From: Planctomycetota bacterium
GTDB lineage: Bacteria; Planctomycetota; PUPC01; DSUN01
DNA length: 64,000 bases
Assembly: GCA_041320515.1 (NCBI GenBank)
Contig: JBGLNR010000001.1
Coordinates: 578,405 to 642,404, forward strand
Direction of reading: 5' to 3'
Positions 8,757 to 16,590 of the stretch are shown one piece after another (positions within the stretch are counted from its first letter, which is position 1; every line of letters begins with the position of its first letter). The notes under the pieces are model-generated. The model had not been told where the DNA came from. It did no database searches and saw only the letters and a program-made list of their open reading frames with translations. A program made the position numbers and the translations under genes.

Positions 8757-9386
8757 TCATTCGGGTCCATATGTGTTCCTGACACGCTTAGACGCCCTGA
8801 AGTACAGCCACCAGATCACAAACCAGATCACCGAACCGAGGAGGGTCTTAGGCAATTCTGCCAGGAACGCGTCCCGAACTGTAGGAGGCAGGTCATGAGC
8901 CATCAGTGGTATGCTGCCGGCATGCAGCACACTCCCAAAGAGCCTGACCAGGAGGAACTGTCTTGCCAGCCGCCTCCCATTAGGGTTGCCCGCCCAAATC
9001 ATGCAGCCAATCGCAAATCCATAGAGAAGCAGGCCCCCGGTCACGATCACGTCAACTGCACAGATGTAGCCCAGGGCCGGATACGACTCGAGCGCCCCAG
9101 ACGACGCTACCTCTCTCCACTTCAGCAGATCAGGAAGTGTGGATAGGGGAGCCAGTACCGTTAAGCCAACGCAGAAGAACGCCAGCCAGCCGCCGACACC
9201 AGAGACCTCTGGCTTTGGGAGGGGCAACAGTGCCTTCTCGTCAATGGCCCCCCCGCTGACCGCTGTGTCCACACTTGCCTCGGATACAGAGCCTTTGCGT
9301 CCGCAGGAATAGCATCGGTGTTCACCTCCAGCGTACCCCTCGTCGATTTCGTAGCGCGCGCCGCACGGGCACTTGAACGTGATCAT
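8757..9386 (-). CDS. MJ0042-type zinc-ribbon membrane protein, short paralog (4 TM)
   Basis: 209-aa ORF. 'MITFKCPCGARYEIDEGYAGGEHRCYSCGRKG' is followed by a linker and four hydrophobic helices. Confidence 0.75.
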   Translation of the reverse strand: MITFKCPCGARYEIDEGYAGGEHRCYSCGRKGSVSEASVDTAVSGGAIDEKALLPLPKPEVSGVGGWLAFFCVGLTVLAPLSTLPDLLKWREVASSGALESYPALGYICAVDVIVTGGLLLYGFAIGCMIWAGNPNGRRLARQFLLVRLFGSVLHAGSIPLMAHDLPPTVRDAFLAELPKTLLGSVIWFVIWWLYFRASKRVRNTYGPE

Positions 9387-9431
9387 GCCGCTTCCCCCAA
9401 CGACCGTTCAGATTGCTGCGGGCGCGTCGGT

Positions 9432-9460
9432 AGTATCGCGCCCCGTCGCTCGAAAGTCAA
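9432..9460 (-). promoter_or_regulatory. sigma70-like promoter TTGACT-N17-GATACT (minus strand) with a conserved 5'-UTR
   Basis: Reverse complement reads TTGACTttcgagcgacggggcgcGATACTaccgacgcgcccgcagcaatctgaacggtcgttgggggaagcggcATG. It is a paralog of the 8618..8646 promoter. Confidence 0.65.
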
Positions 9461-9738
9461 GCCCCCACAACACCTGCAAGCCGTGGCGACCCTGTCCCTG
9501 GCGCTTGGAGCACACCACCCTCGTTCTCTGACTCGCTTGCCCCTTCGTCGCGGGGCATTGGGGCCGGGCTTCTCGAGCGTAGCACGTGGCCGAGCAAGGC
9601 GTCGAGCCGAGCGGCGACGCGGGCGAGGCTGGGCCTGCGCCGATGCTACCGCGCGAGAACGGAGAAGTCAAGGGGCGCGAGGAATAGGGGCCATACTCAT
9701 GCGCGGCTTGCCCCCTCCACGAGCCGACACGCCCCTCG

Positions 9739-11142
9739 TCACTTCTTGCGCTCCGGGCCTTTCTTCTTGGGCGGCGGGGCGGGGCTGTCGAAGAGGGGAG
9801 GGACAAGTTCCTTGTCCCAGGCCGCGTAGGCGGCGACGAGGCGCTTGAGGATGTCGGGGTGGGCATCGGCGACGTTGGCGGTCTCGCGCGGGTCGGCCTC
9901 CAGGTCGTAGAGCATGGGGTCGCCGAGGCCGGTCTTGACGATCTTCCAGCGGCCCTCGCGGACGGCGTAGCTTGTGCCGCCGCCGGTGCGCCAGAAGAGG
10001 CGCTCGTGGGGCGGCGTCGCCCTTTCGCCCGTCACGTGCGGGATGAGATTCACCCCGTCAATCTTGCGGTCGGCGGGCAGTTGCGCGCCAGCCACGGCCG
10101 ACGCAGTGGCGAAGAGGTCGAGGGAGATGACGGGGTGCGCGTAGTCCTTGCCCTCTGGCAGGCGGCCGCGCCACTGGGCGGCGAAGGGGACGCGGATGCC
10201 GCCCTCGTGGAGCGCGCCCTTGCCGCCGCGGAGGATGCCGTTCGTGGCGCCGTAGCGGGTGGGGCCGCCGTTGTCGCTCAGGAAGACGACGAGGGTGTCG
10301 TTCTCCAGCTTGACGTCGCGGAGCGTGGCCAGGAGCAGGCCGACCCCATCGTCCAGCGCGCTCATCATGGCGGCATAGGCGCGGCGGCTGGGGTCCTCGA
10401 TCCTGGCGAAGCGGGCGAGATACTTGTCGGGGGCCTCGAGCGGCGTGTGGGGCGCGTTGTAGGCGAGGTAGAGGAAGAACGGCTTGGCCGCGTGGCGGCG
10501 CACGAAGGCCGCGGCCTCGCGCGAAAAGGCGTCCGTCAGATACTCGGTCTCCACTACGGGCTGGCCGTTGCGCTCGATGGGGATGAGGTATTCGCGGGTC
10601 TCGCCGGCGGGATTGGCCTTGAAGTAGTTGTGCCCGCCGCCGACGAAGCCGAACTGCTCGTCGAAGCCGCGCTTGAGGGGGTGGAACTCGGGCGCGCCGC
10701 CGAGGTGCCACTTGCCCACGATGCCCGTCACGTAGCCCGCCTGCTTGAGCACTTGGGGCAGGGTCGTCTCGGTGAGGGGCAGGCCAGCCTTGCGGTCGGT
10801 GGCGTCGTAGCGTGGGTTGTTCTCGTGCCCGAAGCGCTGCTGGTAGCGTCCCGTCAGCAGGCCGGCCCGCGTGGGGCTGCAGAAGGGGTGCGACACCAAG
10901 CCGTTGGTGAAGCGCACCCCGTGCTTGGCGATGGAGTCGAGGTTTGGGGTCGGGATGTCCTCGCAGCCCATGAACCCCACGTCGCCCGAGCCCAGGTCGT
11001 CGGCGACGATGAAGATGATGTTGGGCTTGCGCCCCGCGGCCGCCTCGGCGCCCCATGCCGCCCCGACTCGGGAGGCGAGGAGTCCCGCGAGCCCTCCAAT
11101 GGCCGCCTCCACGAACTCGCGGCGGGTGCGACTCGGACTCAT
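9739..11142 (-). CDS. arylsulfatase (Cys-type sulfatase family) with Tat-like signal
   Basis: 467-aa ORF. 'IIFIVADDLG…CSPTRAGLLTGR' carries the C-x-P-x-R formylglycine motif. 'GKWHLG' is also present. The N-terminus (SRTRREFVEAAIGGLAG) looks like a twin-arginine signal. AAGGAGG Shine-Dalgarno lies 7 nt before the ATG. Confidence 0.9.
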   Translation of the reverse strand: MSPSRTRREFVEAAIGGLAGLLASRVGAAWGAEAAAGRKPNIIFIVADDLGSGDVGFMGCEDIPTPNLDSIAKHGVRFTNGLVSHPFCSPTRAGLLTGRYQQRFGHENNPRYDATDRKAGLPLTETTLPQVLKQAGYVTGIVGKWHLGGAPEFHPLKRGFDEQFGFVGGGHNYFKANPAGETREYLIPIERNGQPVVETEYLTDAFSREAAAFVRRHAAKPFFLYLAYNAPHTPLEAPDKYLARFARIEDPSRRAYAAMMSALDDGVGLLLATLRDVKLENDTLVVFLSDNGGPTRYGATNGILRGGKGALHEGGIRVPFAAQWRGRLPEGKDYAHPVISLDLFATASAVAGAQLPADRKIDGVNLIPHVTGERATPPHERLFWRTGGGTSYAVREGRWKIVKTGLGDPMLYDLEADPRETANVADAHPDILKRLVAAYAAWDKELVPPLFDSPAPPPKKKGPERKK

Positions 11143-11170
11143 CGTTCACCTCCTTGGCGCGCACCTGTCT

Positions 11171-11228
11171 GTAGTGCGGCCTTCAGGCCGTATCCTCGCG
11201 AGACGGGCTAAAGCCCGCACTACAAACT
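11171..11228. repeat. REP-like hairpin (GTAGTGCGGCCTTCAGGCCGTATCC … GGGCTAAAGCCCGCACTAC)
   Basis: Same family as 3292..3366. Lies between the stop of the lipoprotein gene and the start of the sulfatase gene, both on the minus strand. Confidence 0.8.
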
Positions 11229-11231
11229 GAC

Positions 11232-12407
11232 TCACTCTCGAAGGCGCTCTGAGCGGCCGAGCACCTTGCCCAGGGCCTCGATGCGGGCGGCGCCCTCGGA
11301 GAGGGTGGGGCAGAGCCAGCCGCCCTCGTCGTGCTCGTTCCACGCGTAGATGATAACGGCCTGGGCGGGGCACACAAGAGGGTTGTCCCGTGCCCAGTCC
11401 ACGGCGCGGCCGACGTGCGCGGCCAACTCGGCGGGCGTGGGAGCCAGATAGTGCTTCTCGATGCCGACGCCGGGCTTCTGGTGCTTCTCCCACGGGACGG
11501 GGTGCTCGACGCGCGGACGGCGGTCCCAGCCCGACATGGCGATGGGCACGACGGACTTGCCGGTGGCCTTGCACTGGTCCCAGAAACGCTCGGCGTGCTT
11601 GGCAAGGCTCGCGTAGGGCGTGCCGTTGCCCGCCGCCTGCGTGGCGTAGGCGCTGAGGGCGTCGAGGCCCAGGGCGTCGGCCAGCTTCTTGCCGCGTGCG
11701 GCTGAGAACTCCATGAGGACGATGTAGGGGTTGCCGAGGCCGGCCTTCTGGGCGTCGGCGCGGAACTCGTCGAAGAGCTTGCGGGCGCCTTCCGCGCCGC
11801 CCCAGGCGTTCAGCCAGTTGTCACTCATGAAGCCCACGTAGAGGAGCGGGCGATTGCCGAGGACGCGCTGGTAGCTCGGCTCGGCCATGAGCTTGAGGAA
11901 GCGCTCGACTTTGGGCCGATGGGTGTCGGGCGTGCCCCACCTGCCGCACTCGGTGAGGAGGCAGAAGCGGATGCCGCCTTTTCGGGCGCTGGCGAGGTAG
12001 GCCTTGAGGGCGAGGCTCATCGAGGTGTCGGGCTCGTAGGTCACGAAGGCCCAGTAATCCAGCCCCGCCTGGCGGGCGTAGGCAATCTCCTGGTCCACGA
12101 TCTCCTGGGAGTAGCCGCGGATTTCCACCTGGGTGTCGGAGACGGCCTTGCCGAAGAAGGGGATGCGGGCGTGCCAGCGTTTCGGGCCGAGGGCGCGCTC
12201 GACCGCCTGCCCCGGCACCCCCTGGCCCCCGTGCCAGGCATCCCAACGGATGGCGCCGACGAGCGGCCGCGAGGGAGAGCGCATCATATCAGACTCCTTC
12301 GGTGCCGGCTCGCCGGCGCATGCGGCAAGCGCAAGCGCCGGGACAAGCACCCAAGCGGCCGAGCGTCGGGGGTCATACGTGAGTGCTATAGCTTGCCCCC
12401 TGTTCAC
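11232..12407 (-). CDS. lipoprotein, putative glycoside-hydrolase-like TIM barrel
   Basis: The first ATG of the ORF (12530) is preceded in frame by a lipoprotein signal. AGGAGG is followed 7 nt later by GTG at 12407, giving M-NRGQAIALTYDPRRSAAWVLVPALALAAC. The mature part (…AIRWDAWHGG…YWAFVTY…WNEHDEGG) is glycosidase-like. The exact family is not recognised. Confidence 0.6.
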   Translation of the reverse strand: MNRGQAIALTYDPRRSAAWVLVPALALAACAGEPAPKESDMMRSPSRPLVGAIRWDAWHGGQGVPGQAVERALGPKRWHARIPFFGKAVSDTQVEIRGYSQEIVDQEIAYARQAGLDYWAFVTYEPDTSMSLALKAYLASARKGGIRFCLLTECGRWGTPDTHRPKVERFLKLMAEPSYQRVLGNRPLLYVGFMSDNWLNAWGGAEGARKLFDEFRADAQKAGLGNPYIVLMEFSAARGKKLADALGLDALSAYATQAAGNGTPYASLAKHAERFWDQCKATGKSVVPIAMSGWDRRPRVEHPVPWEKHQKPGVGIEKHYLAPTPAELAAHVGRAVDWARDNPLVCPAQAVIIYAWNEHDEGGWLCPTLSEGAARIEALGKVLGRSERLRE

Positions 12408-12528
12408 GCGATGGCCTCCTGCGGGTGCTGGCGCCCGGCCCGCATGGATTATACCCCACCAGGGAGCAAGAGGGAAACGCCACTTCCCGCTCTTGACGCC
12501 GGCCGCGGAAACGGCATGATGGGGCGGC

Positions 12529-14097
12529 ATGAGAGCCTACCACGATCTCCACGCGTACTTCGGCGACCTGCACAGCCATTGCGGCATCTCCTACGGCCAC
12601 GGCTCGCTCGGCGAGGCCCTGGCCAACGCCCGCGAGCAGCTCGACTTCTGCTCCGTGACCGGCCACGCCCACTGGCCCGACATGCCGCCGCCCGACCCGC
12701 GCATCCAGCACATCCTGGACTTCCACCACGAGGGCTTCGCAAAGCTCAAGGCCGGCTGGCCCGCCGTGCTGGAGACGCTCCGCCGGGCCAACGAGGAGGG
12801 GCGCTTCGTCGTCTTCCCCAGCTTCGAGATTCACTTCTGCGCCACGGGGGACCGCACGGTGCTCTACCGCGACCTGGGGGGCGACATCCTCTACGCGGAC
12901 GATCTGGCTGACCTGCACCGGCGCCTCCGCGACCTGGCAGCGCAGGGCAAGGCCGCCATCGCCTTCCCCCACCACCTCGGCTACCGCCGCGGCGCAAGGG
13001 GCATCAACTGGGACGCCTTCGACCCCGCGTTCGCGCCCATCGTCGAGATCGTCTCGATGCACGGCTGCTCGGAGGGGAGCGAGAACCCGCGGCCCTTCCT
13101 GCACTCGATGGGGCCGTCGGACTGGGAGAGCACGGTGCAGTTCGGCCTCGGGCAGGGCCACGTGTTCGGGGTCGTGGGCGGCACCGACCACCACAGCGCC
13201 CATCCCGGCAGCTACGGCCACGGCCGGGCCGCCCTGTGGGCCACGGGCCTCACCCGCGAGGCCCTATGGGAGGCGCTGATGGCGCGGCGCACCTGCGCCC
13301 TGACGGGCGACCGCATCGCGGTCCAGTTCGCCCTCAACGACGCGCCGATGGGGGCCGTCGTGCCGCTCGCGCGGCAGCGGCACATCGAGATTCGGGCCGA
13401 GGCCGGCGGGGCGATTGACTGCCTGGACCTCGTGAAGAACAACCGCCTGCTCCGCCGGTGGTCCGAGTGCGACGTGCCGCAGGCCGCGCAGGGGTCACAT
13501 CTTCATTTGGCACTTGGCGGCGAAGTGCGAAATGAAGATGTGACCCCGCTGCGCACGAAGCTCTTCCTCGAGGTCGGCTGGGGCGAGAAGCGGAGGGAGA
13601 CGGCGTGGGACGTGTCCCTCGGCATCTCCGAGGGGCGCATCCTGGCCGTCGAGCCGCGCTTCCGGGGGCAGGAGGTCGTCTCCCCCATCGAGAAGGAGGC
13701 CGGCTCGTCCTCCCGCTACTACACCTCGCACTGGGAGCGCGACGGCGAGCGGGCCGTGCGCTTCACCACGCGAAGCATCGGGCACCCGAACAACGTGACG
13801 AACGCGGCGCAGGGCATGTGCCTGGAGGTCGAGATGCCGCTGGCTGGCGGGGTCGAGGCGGTCCTCAACGGCCAGCGGGCCGCCGTCCCGTTGCGGCGCC
13901 TCGTCGCGGGAGCCAAGAGCGGCAACCTGGGCGGCATAGACTCGCCCGCCTGGCGCCTCCACCGCGCCCCGCTGCCGTGGGAGTTCGGCTGGGAGGTGTC
14001 GCTCGACGACGCGGACGACGCCCCCGCCTTCTACTACGCCCGCGTGCGGCAGAAGAGCGACCAGTGGGCCTGGGCCTCCCCCATCTTCGTGCGGTGA
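12529..14097 (+). CDS. DUF3604/PHP-like metal-dependent phosphoesterase-fold protein
   Basis: 522-aa ORF. 'FGDLHSHCGISYGHG' and a later 'GGTDHHSAHPGSYG' follow the PHP/DUF3604 histidine-cluster pattern. Divergently transcribed from 11232..12407. Confidence 0.7.
   Translation: MRAYHDLHAYFGDLHSHCGISYGHGSLGEALANAREQLDFCSVTGHAHWPDMPPPDPRIQHILDFHHEGFAKLKAGWPAVLETLRRANEEGRFVVFPSFEIHFCATGDRTVLYRDLGGDILYADDLADLHRRLRDLAAQGKAAIAFPHHLGYRRGARGINWDAFDPAFAPIVEIVSMHGCSEGSENPRPFLHSMGPSDWESTVQFGLGQGHVFGVVGGTDHHSAHPGSYGHGRAALWATGLTREALWEALMARRTCALTGDRIAVQFALNDAPMGAVVPLARQRHIEIRAEAGGAIDCLDLVKNNRLLRRWSECDVPQAAQGSHLHLALGGEVRNEDVTPLRTKLFLEVGWGEKRRETAWDVSLGISEGRILAVEPRFRGQEVVSPIEKEAGSSSRYYTSHWERDGERAVRFTTRSIGHPNNVTNAAQGMCLEVEMPLAGGVEAVLNGQRAAVPLRRLVAGAKSGNLGGIDSPAWRLHRAPLPWEFGWEVSLDDADDAPAFYYARVRQKSDQWAWASPIFVR
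13491..13547. repeat. 57-bp near-perfect palindrome embedded in frame in the DUF3604 CDS (25-bp arms, 1 mismatch, with a nested 6-bp inner stem)
   Basis: GGGGTCACATCTTCATTTGGCACTT-GGCGGCG-AAGTGCGAAATGAAGATGTGACCCC. The segment is locally AT-richer than the gene. It encodes 'GSHLHLALGGEVRNEDVTP'. 57 nt equals 19 codons. Confidence 0.85.
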
Positions 14098-14108
14098 GGC
14101 CCACCAGC

Positions 14109-14759
14109 TTAGTGCTGGTGTTCTCTGGCGGCCTGCGGGCCGGCGATGAGGAGGGGGAACACGATGTCGCTGACGCAGCAGGGCACCCACACGGCGAAGA
14201 AGAGGATCGCGAAGATGGCGGGGAGCATGGGGAGCGACACCGCGCTGCCGAAGGCGGTCAGGTAGAACAGCGATGCCCAGGTGCTGATGAACACGTGGCC
14301 GGAGTGCGGGAGGCGAGTCCCCCTCCGCCACAGGCCGATGCCCACGCCCATGGCTGCCGCGGGCCACACCAGGAACCACTCCTCGATGAACGCCAGGTGC
14401 ATGTGGTCCATCTCGAGGCGCAGCAGCTTGCCGCCGAGGTAGGGCAGCACGATATCGCTCAGCGTGCCGAGCGGGACCGAGCCCGCCAGGCCCACCGCGA
14501 TGGCGGCCGCGAGGCCCTTGCGGTAGCGGCGGTACATGGCCGTTGTCACGATGGCGCTCAGCAGCACGTGGGCCGGGTGTGCGATCTCGAAGAACACCTT
14601 CGAGAGGTCAGGATGCACTTCGGCAAGGACGAAGATCGCCATGATGGCGATGCCGCTGAGCGCCCCGAGGGCGGTGAACGGCACGTGGTGGCGCAGCTCG
14701 GTGGCGATGATGTTCGGGCGGCTGCCCGACGCCACTTGGCACTTGTGTTCCTCGCTCAT
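14109..14759 (-). CDS. polytopic membrane protein with conserved His residues (unknown function, possibly metal-related)
   Basis: The start is taken at the internal ATG (MSEEHKCQ…), which is preceded by GAGGGA. The upstream part of the 250-aa ORF overlaps the 3' end of the next gene. Five to six hydrophobic helices carry HxxxH/HP motifs. Confidence 0.6.
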   Translation of the reverse strand: MSEEHKCQVASGSRPNIIATELRHHVPFTALGALSGIAIMAIFVLAEVHPDLSKVFFEIAHPAHVLLSAIVTTAMYRRYRKGLAAAIAVGLAGSVPLGTLSDIVLPYLGGKLLRLEMDHMHLAFIEEWFLVWPAAAMGVGIGLWRRGTRLPHSGHVFISTWASLFYLTAFGSAVSLPMLPAIFAILFFAVWVPCCVSDIVFPLLIAGPQAAREHQH

Positions 14760-14782
14760 AGCAGCCTTTCGTCCCTCTTGGT

Positions 14783-15118
14783 TCAAGGATGCCGCCGTCC
14801 GCCGGCCCGTTGTTTCGCGCGATTGGCGCAGACGACGTACATCGCATGGCACTCGCCGCATTCCTCGACCGCGTGGTCAGCGGCGAATGCCTTCCAGTGG
14901 CGGCGCTGCGCGGGCGTGAGGATGCCCGTGCCCTTGCACAGCGGGCACGCGCCGTCGAGCGCGGCCAGCACCGCCGCGCGGATGAACTCCGAGCGGTTCG
15001 CGATCCCCCGCATCGCCTCGACGAGCGAGGCATCGCCCTTGAACGTGATGATCTCTTGCTTGCCGCGCTTCGCTGCCACGTGGGCTCCCCGCAACCAACT
15101 GTTCGACCCATCCCGCAT
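14783..15118 (-). CDS. ribbon-helix-helix (CopG/NikR-like) DNA-binding protein with C-terminal Cys4 cluster
   Basis: 'KQEIITFKGDASLVEAM…NRSEFIRAAVLAAL' has the RHH beta-alpha-alpha pattern. It is followed by 'CPLCKGTG…ECGECH'. The likely true start is the GTG at 15079, which has GGGGAG 5 nt upstream. The ATG at 15118 coincides with the predicted transcription start. Confidence 0.6.
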   Translation of the reverse strand: MRDGSNSWLRGAHVAAKRGKQEIITFKGDASLVEAMRGIANRSEFIRAAVLAALDGACPLCKGTGILTPAQRRHWKAFAADHAVEECGECHAMYVVCANRAKQRAGGRRHP

Positions 15119-15123
15119 GCACT

Positions 15124-15152
15124 ATTATTACAAAGTATTACCGCCTTGTCAA
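15124..15152 (-). promoter_or_regulatory. sigma70-like promoter TTGACA-N17-AATAAT (minus strand) for the RHH/membrane-protein operon
   Basis: Reverse complement reads cTTGACAaggcggtaatactttgtAATAATagtgcATG. Both hexamers are near consensus. Confidence 0.65.
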
Positions 15153-15162
15153 GGCCATTCGC

Positions 15163-16587
15163 TCAGTCGTCGCCCCGGTTCTCCAGCCTTGCGAAGGGTT
15201 GCTGGAGCCTCTGTTCGGCATAGGCGGCGGCCGAGCCGATGCGGAGGCCGTACTGGTCGAACGACCATCCGCCCTGCCCGGCCGTCGCGGCCCTCTTGTA
15301 GCACTGGACCGCTTCCTCTCTGCGGTTGAGGAGATCGAGGACATGCCCCTGCCAGATCAGGGCCACTGCCTGACGCGACCTGTCGTCGCCCGCCTTCTCC
15401 AGCATCTTCCGGAACACGGCCAACGCGTCCTCGTACTTCTTGACATCATAGAGCGCGAACCCTGTCTTCAGAAGCAGGTCGGCGTCCAACTGGTCGGGCC
15501 ACGTCGCGGCATACCGCGCCGCGAGTCTCTCGCTCGACTTGCGTCCCCAGCCGCACGCCCGCACGATGCGGTCCGGCGAGTTCTCCCGCGCGGCCATCCA
15601 CGCGGCAAGGTGCGCCTTCCAGCGCGCGAGATCGAGCTTTGGCGGGTGGGCCATGAACTCCTCCACGGCACCGAAGAAGCGCTCCGGCTCGTCGCCGAAG
15701 GGGCTGTGGCCCGACCGCTCGAACATCACGAGGCGAGAGCCAGGGAAGCACGCCTGGAGCTTCTTCGGCTTGTCCGTGTTCCAGGTCAGGTCCCACTGCC
15801 CCTCCAGAAGGAGCACTGGGATCGGGCAGTTCTCGAACGCCCCACGCAGGTCAATCTCGCCCGACAACTGTCGGCAGATGCTTCGGCGGAATGCCTCGTC
15901 GTGCTTCCACTCGTAGAGGGCGCTCCGGGCGAACTCCTCGTTCGATGGCCTGTAGTAGCTCTGCCGCTTCCAGTCCCCATTGAGGTGCGCGTTGTAGACC
16001 CGTTGGGCCAGCGTGAGCCCCTGCTTCCCATAGACCGCTGAGATGCTCTTCCTCTCCGCTGCGGACATGTAGTCGAACTGCCTCGTCGGCTGGAGGCGGA
16101 GGTGCATGGCATCGGTGGCTGCCCCCACCAGGAGCAGCCCGGCCACGCGTTCGGGGTGCTCCACGACGTAACACTGTGCGACGACGCCGCCGTAGGAATG
16201 GCCGAGCACCACCCACTTGTCGAGCCCCAGCGCGGCGCGGAGCTTGTCCAGGTCCGCGACCGCCTGCTCGATCGTGTAGCCCTTGCCCTTCACATAGCCC
16301 GAAGCCCCGCACCCTCTCTGGTCGTAGTAGACCACTCGGGCGAAGCGAGCGGCTTGGGAGAAGTGCGGGTGGAAGCAGTGATGGGTGGCCCCCGGCCCGC
16401 CGTGGATGAGCACCAGGGGCGGCCCTTGCCCCTCCAGCTCGCAGTACAGCTCGCAGTCGCCAATGCTCACGCGGCGCTTCTCCAGCTTCAGCGCGTCGCA
16501 CAACGGCGGCACGGCTGGGACCTCCAGGGTCTTGCCCTCGATGTGTACCTTCCTGTCAAGCACCGTTTCACGCTGGCCATCGGGCAT
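15163..16587 (-). CDS. alpha/beta hydrolase (proline-iminopeptidase-like, HGGPG + GHSYGG) fused to a C-terminal TPR domain
   Basis: The start is taken at MPDGQRETVL (ATG at 16587, GGAGG upstream). The 5' extension of the 758-aa ORF has no protein-like composition. The nucleophile elbow GHSYGG and the 'LVLIHGGPG' oxyanion motif are present. Confidence 0.8.
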   Translation of the reverse strand: MPDGQRETVLDRKVHIEGKTLEVPAVPPLCDALKLEKRRVSIGDCELYCELEGQGPPLVLIHGGPGATHHCFHPHFSQAARFARVVYYDQRGCGASGYVKGKGYTIEQAVADLDKLRAALGLDKWVVLGHSYGGVVAQCYVVEHPERVAGLLLVGAATDAMHLRLQPTRQFDYMSAAERKSISAVYGKQGLTLAQRVYNAHLNGDWKRQSYYRPSNEEFARSALYEWKHDEAFRRSICRQLSGEIDLRGAFENCPIPVLLLEGQWDLTWNTDKPKKLQACFPGSRLVMFERSGHSPFGDEPERFFGAVEEFMAHPPKLDLARWKAHLAAWMAARENSPDRIVRACGWGRKSSERLAARYAATWPDQLDADLLLKTGFALYDVKKYEDALAVFRKMLEKAGDDRSRQAVALIWQGHVLDLLNRREEAVQCYKRAATAGQGGWSFDQYGLRIGSAAAYAEQRLQQPFARLENRGDD

Positions 16588-16590
16588 CTG

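Noticed and set aside
12408-12528. Divergent promoter between the lipoprotein and DUF3604 genes (TTGACG-N17-ATGATG)
   Set aside because: The -10 match is too weak to call.
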